The notes under the pieces: model-generated | What the model was told of the DNA's origin: nothing | Database searches by the model: none | Seen by the model: the letters and a program-made list of their open reading frames with translations, nothing else | NCBI GenBank assembly: GCA_965214935.1 | Contig: CBDCCS010000021.1 | Coordinates: 1 to 64,000, forward strand | Direction of reading: 5' to 3' | From: Candidatus Velthaea sp. | Lineage (GTDB): Bacteria > Vulcanimicrobiota > Vulcanimicrobiia > Vulcanimicrobiales > Vulcanimicrobiaceae | DNA length: 64,000 nt | Translations under genes and position numbers: made by a program | Part shown: positions 11,012 to 20,583 of the stretch, in pieces | How positions within the stretch are numbered: position 1 is the stretch's first letter | Layout: each line of letters starts with the position of its first letter

Positions 11012-12203
11012 CCCGCCGGCCACGCTTATAGATCGCATGAACCGGATTTGCGCCCAGCATGTACGGTACTTCGGCCGGATGGCCGAGATCCCACACAACG
11101 AGATCGGCCAACTTCCCGGGCGCAAGCGAACCGCGATCGTCATGCAAACCCAATGCCGAGGCGGCTTCTACCGTCATCGCGCGCAACGCCTGTTCGGGCG
11201 TGAAACCGAACAGCGTACAGGCGAAATTCATTGCGAGCAACGGCGAAACGAGCGGCGAGGTACCGGGATTGCAATCGGTTGCAACCGCGATCCGGATACC
11301 GGCAGCGCGCAACGCAGCGATCGGCGGCGCGTGCGTTTCGCGCAAAAAATAAAACGCGCCGGGCAGCACGACGGCCGCCGTTCCGGCGGCGGCGAGTGCT
11401 GCGATGCCGGCGTCGCTCGTATACTCGAGATGATCGGCCGACAACGCGTTGAAACGCGCGGCCAATGCCGCACCGCCGCCGTCGCTGAGCTGATCGGCGT
11501 GCAGTTTCACCCGCAAACCAAGCTCTGCTGCACGCGCAAAGACGCGCTCGGTTTGAGCGCCGCTCAATGCAACGCTTTCGCAAAACGCATCGACGGCATC
11601 GGCCAGACCTGCGCGCGCGATGAACGGCAGCATGCGTTCGCAAACTTCGTCGATGTAAGCATCGGGATCGGCCGCGTATTCCGGTGCGATCGTGTGCGCG
11701 CCCAAAAATGTCGTTCGAACGTCGACCGGCAGTATTGTTTCGAGCGTCCGAGCGATGCGCAGCATTCGCACTTCGGTCTCGAGATTGAGGCCGTAACCCG
11801 ATTTAATTTCAACCGTCGTGACACCGTGCGCGCACAACGCAGCCAAGCGCCGCCGGGCACTCGCGAGCAGCGTCGCGTCGTTGCCGGCGCGCGTACTGCG
11901 GACGGTCGACAAAATGCCGCCGCCGCCGCGCGCGATGTCGGCATACGCAACGCCTTGCAGCCGCCGCTCCCATTCTTGGGCGCGGTTAGCGCCGTAAATG
12001 AGATGCGTGTGCGGATCGATCAAACCCGGCGTTACGAGTCTGCCGCCGCAATCGACGCTGCGTTCGGCCTGCGGAGCGGTCGCGCGCGGTCCGCAATAGA
12101 CGATCGTCTCACCGGCGATTGCAATTGCCGCATCGGCGATGAGACCGTACGGCCGTCCGTCGCTCATCGTCGCGAGCGTCATGTTGACGAGTAAGTCGGT
12201 CAT
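10992..12203 (-). CDS. hutI: Imidazolonepropionase
   Basis: [53 protein letters not shown]. Confidence 0.96.
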   Translation of the reverse strand: MTDLLVNMTLATMSDGRPYGLIADAAIAIAGETIVYCGPRATAPQAERSVDCGGRLVTPGLIDPHTHLIYGANRAQEWERRLQGVAYADIARGGGGILSTVRSTRAGNDATLLASARRRLAALCAHGVTTVEIKSGYGLNLETEVRMLRIARTLETILPVDVRTTFLGAHTIAPEYAADPDAYIDEVCERMLPFIARAGLADAVDAFCESVALSGAQTERVFARAAELGLRVKLHADQLSDGGGAALAARFNALSADHLEYTSDAGIAALAAAGTAAVVLPGAFYFLRETHAPPIAALRAAGIRIAVATDCNPGTSPLVSPLLAMNFACTLFGFTPEQALRAMTVEAASALGLHDDRGSLAPGKLADLVVWDLGHPAEVPYMLGANPVHAIYKRGRRVTASAD

Positions 12204-13566
12204 CGCACCTTATGCGTTGCTGCCCGGCGGCTGGTCGGCGAACGTGCGCATCGAGATCGACGCGGACGGCAGCATCGGTAGCATCACGTCCGATTCGGCA
12301 CACGCGGACGCCACGCTTTTGAGCGGACCGGTCATCACCGGACTGCCGAACGTGCATTCACACGCGTTCCAACGTGCCTTTGCCGGTCAGGCCGAGCGCC
12401 GCATCAACGGCGACGATTCGTTCTGGACTTGGCGTACGGCAATGTATGAGTTTGCCAATCGCATCACGCCCGACGACCTCGAAGCGATCGCGACCCAAGT
12501 GTATGTCGAGATGCTCGAAGCCGGCTACACCGCGGTCGGCGAATTTCATTACGTTCATCACGATGCCGGCGGCACGCCGTTCGGCGTTCGCTCGGAAATG
12601 TCGCAACGACTGCTCGCCGCCGCCGCCGCAACCGGCATCGGTATGACACTTTTACCGGTATTTTATCGCTGGAGCAACTTTGCGAACGCGCCGCCGTTGC
12701 GCGAACAAGCCCGCTTCATCACGAATCTCGATTCGTTTATGACGATCGTCCAAGAACTCGCGCCATTGTGCCGCGAGCCGCAGCGCGCTCTCGGCATTGC
12801 GCCGCATTCGCTGCGTGCCGTTGCGCCCGCGGACCTCCGCGACGTCGTTGCAGCGTTCGACGAGCGCTCTTCACAAGCGCCGATACACCTCCACATCGCC
12901 GAACAGAGCGCTGAAGTCGAAGCATCGATGGCTTCGTACGGAACGCGACCGGTTCAATGGCTGTGCGAGCATTTCGATCTGTCGCGGCGCTGGTGTTTGA
13001 TTCACGCAACGCACCTCAATGCAGCCGAAGTAGCGGCAGCGGCAACGAGCGGCGCGGTGGCCGGCATCTGTCCGACGACGGAAGCGAATTTAGGCGACGG
13101 CATCTTTCCGCTTGCGGCCTGGATCGAAAGCCGCGGAGCCGTTGCCCTTGGTTCCGACAGTCACGCGAGCGTCGACGCGGCGCAAGAAGTACGCTGGCTC
13201 GAATACACGCAACGGTTACAGCGCCGGCGGCGAACGGTGACGGCGTCGCCTCAGGCGCTGTACGCCGAATCCGCACGCGGCGGCGGCCATGCGTTAGGCC
13301 GGCCGATCGGCACGATTGCCGCCGGGCAACGCGCCGATTTCATCGTACTCGATGCGCAGAGCAGCGCGCTGTACGGCGACATCGAGACGATCGTCGACCG
13401 TTACGTCATCCGCGGCGGCGCGCACGTGATTCGCGATGTCTATGTCGGCGGAGAACAGGTTGTCAGCGGCGGCCGCCATCGTTTACGTGACGTTTCTTCA
13501 CGGCGTTTCATCGCAACGCTGCAGCGGCTCGGCGGACCGCTCGGCAGCCGGAAAGACACCGGTTAA
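12181..13566 (+). CDS. hutF: Formimidoylglutamate deiminase
   Basis: ALLPGGW, NVHSHAFQRA, DSFWTWR, VGEFHYVHH, APHSLRAV, CPTTEANLGDG, GSDSH. Confidence 0.95.
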   Translation: MLTSKSVIAPYALLPGGWSANVRIEIDADGSIGSITSDSAHADATLLSGPVITGLPNVHSHAFQRAFAGQAERRINGDDSFWTWRTAMYEFANRITPDDLEAIATQVYVEMLEAGYTAVGEFHYVHHDAGGTPFGVRSEMSQRLLAAAAATGIGMTLLPVFYRWSNFANAPPLREQARFITNLDSFMTIVQELAPLCREPQRALGIAPHSLRAVAPADLRDVVAAFDERSSQAPIHLHIAEQSAEVEASMASYGTRPVQWLCEHFDLSRRWCLIHATHLNAAEVAAAATSGAVAGICPTTEANLGDGIFPLAAWIESRGAVALGSDSHASVDAAQEVRWLEYTQRLQRRRRTVTASPQALYAESARGGGHALGRPIGTIAAGQRADFIVLDAQSSALYGDIETIVDRYVIRGGAHVIRDVYVGGEQVVSGGRHRLRDVSSRRFIATLQRLGGPLGSRKDTG

Positions 13567-13582
13567 CGCCAAAAGACACGAT

Positions 13583-13939
13583 ATGCTTTGCTTGCGATCG
13601 GCTTCGTTCGGACCTCAACGCGCAGTTGCCGGCAACGCGCTGATCGCGGCGGCCGTCGTGCTGACCGGACACGTCGTCGACCGCACGACAAGTCAAGTGC
13701 TGGGCGGCGTCGACGTCACCATCCAAGGGCCGGCACTGCGCCATTCGGCGCGCACGAGCGACACCGGCCAATATAGACTGGGCGGTTTGACGCCGGGCCG
13801 CTACACGCTTACTTTGAGTTCCGACGACATCCCGCCCCAAACGTTCGATGTCGTCGTGCGTGCCGCAAAGGTACAACACTTCGACATGACTGCGTGCAGC
13901 ACGACGCTCGATTATAGCTGCGCGGCAGCCGCGCCGTAG
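13583..13939 (+). CDS. Small secreted carboxypeptidase-regulatory-like (Cna-B/transthyretin fold) protein
   Basis: LTGHVVDRTTSQVLGGVDV..TSDTGQYRLGGLTPGRYTLTLS; C-terminal Cys pair; start uncertain (ATG 13583 or CTG 13640). Confidence 0.7.
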   Translation: MLCLRSASFGPQRAVAGNALIAAAVVLTGHVVDRTTSQVLGGVDVTIQGPALRHSARTSDTGQYRLGGLTPGRYTLTLSSDDIPPQTFDVVVRAAKVQHFDMTACSTTLDYSCAAAAP

Positions 13940-13955
13940 AATAGCTCGGGTGCTG

Positions 13956-14705
13956 ATGGATTCGGCAGCTATCTTCACAGCCGTCGCCGGTACAGGCATC
14001 CTCGGCCTGATCGTGATCGCCGCACTGCGCCTGGTCGGCAGTGCCAGCGCCGCCGACCAGCATCTCAATACTGCAACAGGCGCTGGATCGGCAGCGCCCG
14101 CGTCACGCGCGGCAAATCTGCGCGCATTCGCCGACGGCGCATCGACGACGGCCGATGCTTCGCCGCAAGCGATCTTCGAACAGCTTCAACAGTACTACGC
14201 CGCAAATATCAAACAAGGCAGCACGATCTTCTGGGCCAGCCTGATGACGATGTGCATCGGCTTTGCCATCGTGCTTGCCGGGATCGCCTTAGCACGCACC
14301 AATGCCGTTTCGGCAATCGTCGCGGCCGTTGCCGGGGTGCTAAGCCAATTCATCGCCGCGACGTTCCTAGTCGTACTGCGCTCGACGCAGCAGCAAGCGA
14401 CAACCTACGCACAAACCTTAGTTGAACTGCACTTGCGCGACGTCGGACGCGCAACGGACGACCGTTCGCAACTCTTAGGACTACGGCTACTGGGTGAGAT
14501 TTCGGCTGACCGGAGCGACCCGGCAAACCCCGCCAAAGCCGCTATTGCAATGGGGCTGATCGTAAAAACGGCGCCGCCGGCCGCGCCCTTCGAGCCACCG
14601 GCTGTTACCGTCGAAGTGCCGCCGCCGGGGCGCGATCCGGCGCTCGACCGGCCGCGCACGACAAGCATCACCTTCGACGATACCGGTACCGTCGAACGGC
14701 GCTAG
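13956..14705 (+). CDS. Membrane protein with a 2-TM hairpin resembling TRADD-N-associated membrane domains
   Basis: QLQQYYAANIKQ..FWASL..GFAIVLAGI..AGVLSQFIAATFL; N-terminal TM helix and Pro-rich tail. Confidence 0.6.
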   Translation: MDSAAIFTAVAGTGILGLIVIAALRLVGSASAADQHLNTATGAGSAAPASRAANLRAFADGASTTADASPQAIFEQLQQYYAANIKQGSTIFWASLMTMCIGFAIVLAGIALARTNAVSAIVAAVAGVLSQFIAATFLVVLRSTQQQATTYAQTLVELHLRDVGRATDDRSQLLGLRLLGEISADRSDPANPAKAAIAMGLIVKTAPPAAPFEPPAVTVEVPPPGRDPALDRPRTTSITFDDTGTVERR

Positions 14706-15706
14706 GCGGCCATCGCTTCGACGAGCGCAAAGGCCTCGGCAAGCAATTCGTACGAGCGTAGCCGCGACGCATAGTCGGGAGCGATCGTTACGACCATCGC
14801 TTCGTCGGCACCGTGCTCGCCGACAAGCGCTTCGATCTTCGTGCGCACGGTGGCCGGCGAGCCGACGATCACCCGGCGCGTGCGCTCGACCTCGAAGCGT
14901 TCGCGCGGCGTCCAGGGATAATTCGCCGTTTCGGCAAGCGACGGAACCGGACTCGACATACCGCGCAACAGGCGCATCCGCCAGAGCGCGAGCGGCCAAC
15001 TCAACGCTTCGGCTTCTTCGTCGGTCGGCGCGACGATTGCACCGAAGGCAATCATGACGCGCGGTTGCAGGTTGCGCCGCGACGGTATGAAGCGTTCGCG
15101 GTATGCGCGGGTCACGTCGGGTGCGTCACCGGCGATAAAATGGGCGAGCGTATACGGTAAGCCGAGTTCGGCTGCCAACAGCGCTCCGTAATCGGATGAC
15201 CCGAGCAGCCAGACTTCGGGCGTGGTACGGCCGGCCGGCATTGCGGTGAGGGCGCGCAGCGGATGCGTGACGGGTACCGTGTCGTCGAGGTAGCCGACGA
15301 CGTCGAGTATCTGCTCGGGAAACCCGGCGACGTCACGGCTGCCGAGAGCAGCTGAAACAAGCGACGTGCCGCCGGGTGCGCGTCCGATGCCGAGATCGAT
15401 CCGGCCCGGAGCGAGCGCCTCGAGCATCCGGAACGATTCGGCCACCTTCAATGCACTGTAGTGAGGCAACATAATGCCGCCGGTCCCGAGCCGGATTCGC
15501 GATGTTTCGCCGCTCAAGCGCGCGAGCAGCACTTCGGGTGAAGCATCCGCGAGGCCGCGCATCGCGTGATGTTCGGCCAGCCAATAGCGTGCGTAGCCGA
15601 GTTCTTCGCCGCGCCGAGCAAGTTCGATCGTCGCCGCAACGGCTTGCGCCGGCGTCGCACCGGCAACGATCGGCGACTGATCGAGGATACTCAAGGGGAT
15701 GTTCAT
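14702..15706 (-). CDS. LLM-class (luciferase-like) flavin-dependent oxidoreductase
   Basis: LSILDQSP, YWLAEHH, GGIMLPHYSALKVAE, RIDLGIGRAPG, WLLGSS. Confidence 0.93.
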   Translation of the reverse strand: MNIPLSILDQSPIVAGATPAQAVAATIELARRGEELGYARYWLAEHHAMRGLADASPEVLLARLSGETSRIRLGTGGIMLPHYSALKVAESFRMLEALAPGRIDLGIGRAPGGTSLVSAALGSRDVAGFPEQILDVVGYLDDTVPVTHPLRALTAMPAGRTTPEVWLLGSSDYGALLAAELGLPYTLAHFIAGDAPDVTRAYRERFIPSRRNLQPRVMIAFGAIVAPTDEEAEALSWPLALWRMRLLRGMSSPVPSLAETANYPWTPRERFEVERTRRVIVGSPATVRTKIEALVGEHGADEAMVVTIAPDYASRLRSYELLAEAFALVEAMAA

Positions 15707-15739
15707 CGTTCGTTACGACCGCTTGGGCGCCGCACGAAG

Positions 15740-16918
15740 ATGCAGCGGACCGTGCACCCCTCGCGGCTAAGCCGCTCGGTCGTGAAAGATGCGCTCGTTG
15801 CGATGCGTCGCCGGCTTCATGCGCGACCCGAACTCTCGATGCAAGAATTTGCGACTGCTGCATTTGTAACCGAACAGTTGCAAGCGCTCGATCTCGACCG
15901 GATTCGCATCAATGTCGGACAAACGGGCGTGATCGCCACGCTGCACGGCGGCCGGCCCGGTCCCGTTTCGCTCCTACGCGCGGACATGGATGCGCTGCCG
16001 ATCCAAGAACTCGGCGTTCAACCATATCGCTCGCTCAACGACGGCGTCATGCATGCCTGCGGCCATGACGGGCATGTCAGCATTCTGCTGGGCGCCGCGG
16101 CAACGTTAGCCGCGCGGCGTACCGACGTGAGTGGAACGATCGTGCTTTGCTTTCAGCCCGGCGAAGAGGGGAGCGCCGGCAACCGGCTGATGATCGAAGA
16201 CGGCGCACTTGAAGAACCGCACGTCGAGCGCGTTTTTGCCTTGCATTTATTTAGCGGGTTGGACGTCGGCAAAGTCGGCATTCGGGACGGGCCGTTTCTG
16301 CCGTCGTCAGATCGCTTCACGATTGAGATTCTCGGCACCGGCGGACATGGCGCGATGCCCGACACTGCGCGCGATCCGATCGTGGCCGCGGCCAACGTCG
16401 TGGGCATGTTGCAAACAATCGCGAGCCGCGAGATCGCCGCCAAAGATCCCGTCGTCGTGACCGTCGGCGCGATCAACGGCGGCACTACCTTCAACGTCAT
16501 ACCGGACAGCGTTACGTTACGCGGTACGGTGCGCTGTTTCGACGCTGCGATACGCCGGACGATGCCCGAGCGGATCGAGCGAATCGTCGATGGTATCTGC
16601 GCGGCCTTGCGCGTCGAGCGGCGCTTTACGTACCAATTCACGTACCCGATGACCGTCAACGATGCCGGTACGGCCGATGTGGTCCGGGTTGCGGCCGGCG
16701 CCGTCGTGGGTGCCGGCAACGTCATCGAGCACGACCCGATTATGATGGCCGAAGACATGTCCTTCATGCACGAGCAGCGTCCCGGCGCTTATTTTCTGAT
16801 CGGCTCGCGCAGCGGACCGGCAACGGCCTATCCCAACCACAATGCGCGCTTCGATATCGACGAGCGCGCGCTTTCGATCGGCCATGATGTCATGGTGGCA
16901 ATTGCCTGCCCGGCATAA
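15740..16918 (+). CDS. M20 family amidohydrolase
   Basis: RRRLHARPELS, LRADMDALP, MHACGHDGH, FQPGEEG, AEDMS; start ATG 15740 or GTG 15782. Confidence 0.93.
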   Translation: MQRTVHPSRLSRSVVKDALVAMRRRLHARPELSMQEFATAAFVTEQLQALDLDRIRINVGQTGVIATLHGGRPGPVSLLRADMDALPIQELGVQPYRSLNDGVMHACGHDGHVSILLGAAATLAARRTDVSGTIVLCFQPGEEGSAGNRLMIEDGALEEPHVERVFALHLFSGLDVGKVGIRDGPFLPSSDRFTIEILGTGGHGAMPDTARDPIVAAANVVGMLQTIASREIAAKDPVVVTVGAINGGTTFNVIPDSVTLRGTVRCFDAAIRRTMPERIERIVDGICAALRVERRFTYQFTYPMTVNDAGTADVVRVAAGAVVGAGNVIEHDPIMMAEDMSFMHEQRPGAYFLIGSRSGPATAYPNHNARFDIDERALSIGHDVMVAIACPA

Positions 16919-16919
16919 T

Positions 16920-17273
16920 TTATTTTTGCAGCAGCGCGGCGAGAAATTCGAGTGCCGCGACGGGAGCCGACGCTTTACCGGCTTCGGCGTGACTGTCGTA
17001 GCGATTGCCGCAACGGCCGCATGCAAAACCGGGATGACGCAAAATCGTGCGCGAGCCGACAAATTCCGGACAGGCCAAACTATCGCCGCGATACGATTCG
17101 AGTTTCGGCTGCAATGCCGCGATGACTTCGGCTTTGCGTGCTTTGAGTTCGTCCAAGAGCGACGGCGGGATCGGATACGCGCCGGGCTTGAACCGGACAC
17201 GATCGCCGCCGCCAAACTCGATGAGCGCGCCCGAACGGCGCAGTTCGGCAATCAGCTCGCGTATATCAGACAT
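16920..17273 (-). CDS. Hypothetical protein with TubC-N-like docking domain and a C-terminal Cys/His cluster
   Basis: GGAGG before ATG; IRELIAELRRSGALI..DRVRF..PSLLDELKARKAEVIAAL; C..CGRC..H. Confidence 0.65.
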   Translation of the reverse strand: MSDIRELIAELRRSGALIEFGGGDRVRFKPGAYPIPPSLLDELKARKAEVIAALQPKLESYRGDSLACPEFVGSRTILRHPGFACGRCGNRYDSHAEAGKASAPVAALEFLAALLQK

Positions 17274-17462
17274 TGAGCCTCCAACGTATCGTTTCCGCAA
17301 ACGGATGAGGTTCCGCGCACGAAGTGAAGTATGTTCATATGGTGCACGGTTATGTGTTGCGCCTGACGTCCCGGCGGACCGTGAAGTGAGGGGTCTTTCG
17401 CCTGTTCATCAGCGCTATCTCTACCTTGCTTGTATACTACCCGCTTCAGCCGCTAGTCATGC

Positions 17463-17492
17463 TTGACGGCCTCTCGAAAGTCGTGGTACAAA
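17463..17492 (+). promoter_or_regulatory. Sigma-70-type promoter of the ilvC-leu leader
   Basis: TTGACG-N18-TACAAA with TGn extension, 9 nt before the leader ATG. Confidence 0.6.
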
Positions 17493-17501
17493 CCAGACAC
17501 A

Positions 17502-17576
17502 ATGTCAGGCTCCGGTCTCCGCACGCTCCTCGGGCTTCTCCGGCTGCTCTTCGAGCGGCGGGCGGCCTTGGTGTAA
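17502..17576 (+). CDS. Leucine-rich leader peptide MSGSGLRTLLGLLRLLFERRAALV
   Basis: 24 codons with 8 Leu in three LL pairs plus two singles; lies between the promoter and terminator upstream of ilvC-leuCDB. Confidence 0.85.
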   Translation: MSGSGLRTLLGLLRLLFERRAALV

Positions 17577-17600
17577 CGCGAGATCGAGATCGCATACTTC

Positions 17601-17633
17601 AAGCCCCTCGCCAACGGCGAGGGGCTTTTGCTT
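17601..17633 (+). terminator. Attenuator terminator upstream of ilvC
   Basis: AAGCCCCTCGCC-AAC-GGCGAGGGGCTT perfect stem followed by TTGCTT. Confidence 0.9.
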
Positions 17634-17703
17634 ATGATAGGAGTTCGCCGTCAACTCCGGCCCGGGGCCGGACGTCTGGCGGCGAGCCGAGGGGGAACCG
17701 AGA

Positions 17704-18708
17704 ATGCAAGCTTTTTACGACACCGATATCGATCGCCGGGCGCTCGACGGCAAGACGATCGCCATCATCGGGTACGGCAGCCAGGGCCGGGCGCACGCGC
17801 TCAACCTTCGCGACTCAGGGCATGAAGTCGTCGTCGGCTTGCGCCCGGGCTCGGCGAAACGAGAAGCGGCCCGGCGCGACGGCGTAAACGTTGCCGACGT
17901 CACTGACGCTGCGGAACGCGGCGACATCGTCATGCTGCTCATTCCGGATGAAGAGCAAGCCGCAACGTATATGCGCGAGATCGCCGGCCGGCTTAAGCCG
18001 ACCGCGGCACTGGCCTTTGCGCATGGTTTCTCGATTCACTTCGGCACGATCGTACCGCCGCCCGGAATCGACGTTTTCATGGTCGCGCCCAAGGGGCCCG
18101 GGCGCCTGGTGCGCAGCGAATACGAAGCCGGGCGCGGCGTTCCGGCGCTCGTCGCCGTCTTCCAGAATCCGGCCGGCAACGCGCGCGAACTGGGCTTTGC
18201 GTACGCGGCGGGGATCGGCGCCGGTCGCGCCGGCGTGCTCGAAACGACCTTTAAGGAAGAGACCGAAACCGATTTATTCGGCGAACAAGCGGTGCTGTGC
18301 GGCGGCGTCTCCGAGCTCATCACGGCCGGATTCGATACGCTGACCGAAGCCGGCTATGCGCCCGAAATGGCGTATTTCGAGGTCTTGCACGAGATGAAGC
18401 TGATCATCGATCTCATGTACGAGCGCGGCATCGAAGGCATGCGCGAGTCGATCAGCAACACGGCCAAATACGGCGATTACACGCGCGGTACGCGGATCGT
18501 TACGGCCGAAACACGCGCTGCGATGAAGACGATCTTGAGCGAAATCCAAAGCGGTCAATTCGCGCAGGAGTGGGTCGCCGAGCATGCTGCCGGGAAACCG
18601 TCGTTTAACGCGTTTCGCGAAAAAGCCGGCGTCCATCCGATCGAAGCGGTCGGCACGAAGCTGCGCGGATTGATGCCGTGGCTGCGTCAACCGGCAGCCG
18701 CGAAATAA
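17704..18708 (+). CDS. ilvC: Ketol-acid reductoisomerase
   Basis: [41 protein letters not shown]. Confidence 0.97.
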   Translation: MQAFYDTDIDRRALDGKTIAIIGYGSQGRAHALNLRDSGHEVVVGLRPGSAKREAARRDGVNVADVTDAAERGDIVMLLIPDEEQAATYMREIAGRLKPTAALAFAHGFSIHFGTIVPPPGIDVFMVAPKGPGRLVRSEYEAGRGVPALVAVFQNPAGNARELGFAYAAGIGAGRAGVLETTFKEETETDLFGEQAVLCGGVSELITAGFDTLTEAGYAPEMAYFEVLHEMKLIIDLMYERGIEGMRESISNTAKYGDYTRGTRIVTAETRAAMKTILSEIQSGQFAQEWVAEHAAGKPSFNAFREKAGVHPIEAVGTKLRGLMPWLRQPAAAK

Positions 18709-18721
18709 GCCGGGCCGCACG

Positions 18722-20056
18722 ATGAAGCAATCGCTGTTCGATAAGGTTTGGAGCGCCCATGTCGTCGAGGAGTTAGCCGGCGGCAATGCGCTCGTGTTCA
18801 TGGATCTCGTCGTCGCACACGAGATCACGACGCCGCAAGGCGCCATCGCAATCGAGAAGAACTTCGGCGACCAGCTTTACGATAAGCGCCGCATCGTTGC
18901 CATGAACGATCATGTGTCGCCGGCTAAAGATACGGCAACCGCAATTCAAGCGCGCGTCGTGCGTGATTGGGCCAAGCGTCAAGGCATCACGATGCACGAT
19001 ATCGGCGACAACGGCATCTGTCACGTGATGGTCCCCGAGCGCGGTTATGTGACGCCCGGGATGACGGTCTGCTGCGGCGATAGCCACACCTGCACGCTCG
19101 GCGCGTTCGGCGCGTTCGCGCTCGGAATCGGCACGACCGCGCAAGCCGGCGCAATGCTGGCAGGATGTCTGATTCTGCAGCGGCCCAAGGTCATGCGCAT
19201 CGAAGTGACCGGCACGCTAGCGAGCGATGCAACCGCCAAGGATTTGGCGCTGGCGGTCATCGCGCGCATCGGCTTTCGCGGCGGCACCGGCTTCGTGCTC
19301 GAGTACACCGGCTCGGCGATCGATGCGCTGTCGATGGAAGAGCGGATGACGCTTTGTAATATGGCGATCGAATCCGGCGCAACGAGCGGTATCATTGCCG
19401 CCGATCGAGCAACGATCGCGTATCTCGAGAAGACACCTTTGGCACCGGCCGGCGTCGAGCTCGAACGTGCTGACGACGACGCGGTTTACGATGCGGCGGT
19501 AAGCATCGACGGCGGCGCGATTCGGCCGACCGTTTCGTGGGGCATCAACCCGGGTGAATCGGCGCCGATCGATGCGGCCGTCCCGGCCGACGCGGCGGCG
19601 GCGTCGCTGAGCTACATGGATTTGCGCGCCGGTCAGAGCCTGACGAGCATTGCCGTGGATCAGGCCTTTATCGGCTCGTGTACCAACGCGCGAATTTCCG
19701 ATTTGCGGGCCGCGGCGGAGGTCTTGCGCGGCCGGCGCGTGAGCGTACCCACGATCATCACCCCGGGCTCGCAAGCCGTCCGGCGCCAAGCCGAGCGCGA
19801 AGGCTTGCACGATATCTTTCAAGACGCCGGCGCGTTATGGACGCACTCGTCGTGCGGGCCGTGCCTAGGGATGTCCATGGGCGTACTGGCGCCGGGAGCG
19901 CGCTGCATCTCGTCGACAAACCGGAATTTTCCCGGCCGTATGGGTGACGGCGGCCGCGTCCATTTGGCGTCGCCCGTCGTCGTTGCCGCAAGCGCGATTT
20001 TAGGCCGTATCGGTTCACCCGCTGAAATCGAGTTGCACGAAGCGGTGCCGGCATGA
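18722..20056 (+). CDS. leuC: 3-isopropylmalate dehydratase large subunit
   Basis: HEITTP, GDSHTCT, FIGSCTN, CGPCLGM, STNRNFPGRMG. Confidence 0.95.
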   Translation: MKQSLFDKVWSAHVVEELAGGNALVFMDLVVAHEITTPQGAIAIEKNFGDQLYDKRRIVAMNDHVSPAKDTATAIQARVVRDWAKRQGITMHDIGDNGICHVMVPERGYVTPGMTVCCGDSHTCTLGAFGAFALGIGTTAQAGAMLAGCLILQRPKVMRIEVTGTLASDATAKDLALAVIARIGFRGGTGFVLEYTGSAIDALSMEERMTLCNMAIESGATSGIIAADRATIAYLEKTPLAPAGVELERADDDAVYDAAVSIDGGAIRPTVSWGINPGESAPIDAAVPADAAAASLSYMDLRAGQSLTSIAVDQAFIGSCTNARISDLRAAAEVLRGRRVSVPTIITPGSQAVRRQAEREGLHDIFQDAGALWTHSSCGPCLGMSMGVLAPGARCISSTNRNFPGRMGDGGRVHLASPVVVAASAILGRIGSPAEIELHEAVPA

Positions 20057-20583
20057 TCGTGGAGGGCCGCGTGCTCGCGATCGCACTTCCGAATATCGAT
20101 ACCGATCAGATCATCCCGGCGCGCTACCTGACGACCATCGACGAAGACGGCCTCGGACAATTTTGTATGACCGGGATGCCGGATGGACCCGCATTGTTAG
20201 CGAGCGTGCCGGACGCTGCGATCCTCGTCAGCGGCGAGAACTTCGGCTGCGGCTCCTCGCGCGAACATGCGGCCTGGGCGTTGCGCGACCGCGGTTTCAA
20301 AGCGGTCATCGCTCCGAGTTTCGCTCGTATTTTTCTAGAGAATGCCTACAACAACGCGATCGTGCCGATCGTCATCGACCCCGCGCGACTCAAAACGTTC
20401 GCGGCCGCACGGTCGGCGCGGATCGACGTTGATGCAGAGACCGTGCGGCTGGACGGCGGCGAGCCGATCGGCTTCAAACTCGATGAACTGCGCAAAGCGT
20501 TCATCGTCGGCGGCGGCTTTCTCCCGTATCTCGCCGCAAAGATCGCCGGTGTCCGTGCGTGGGAGGCGGCTTGCCGCACGTAG
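20053..20583 (+). CDS. leuD: 3-isopropylmalate dehydratase small subunit
   Basis: NIDTDQIIPARYL, NFGCGSSREHAAWAL, SFARIF; ATGA overlap with leuC. Confidence 0.95.
   Translation: MIVEGRVLAIALPNIDTDQIIPARYLTTIDEDGLGQFCMTGMPDGPALLASVPDAAILVSGENFGCGSSREHAAWALRDRGFKAVIAPSFARIFLENAYNNAIVPIVIDPARLKTFAAARSARIDVDAETVRLDGGEPIGFKLDELRKAFIVGGGFLPYLAAKIAGVRAWEAACRT

Noticed and set aside
10947..12194. 415-aa plus-strand ORF, and similar long ORFs at 25159-26229, 41212-42306, 47511-48704, 53930-54730 and 55120-56289
   Set aside because: Antisense shadows of well-supported genes in GC-rich DNA; Arg-rich and without motifs.
17320..17340. Possible LexA box (GAAGTATGTTC) upstream of the TubC-N-like gene
   Set aside because: Spacing and left half do not fit GAAC-N4-GTTC.
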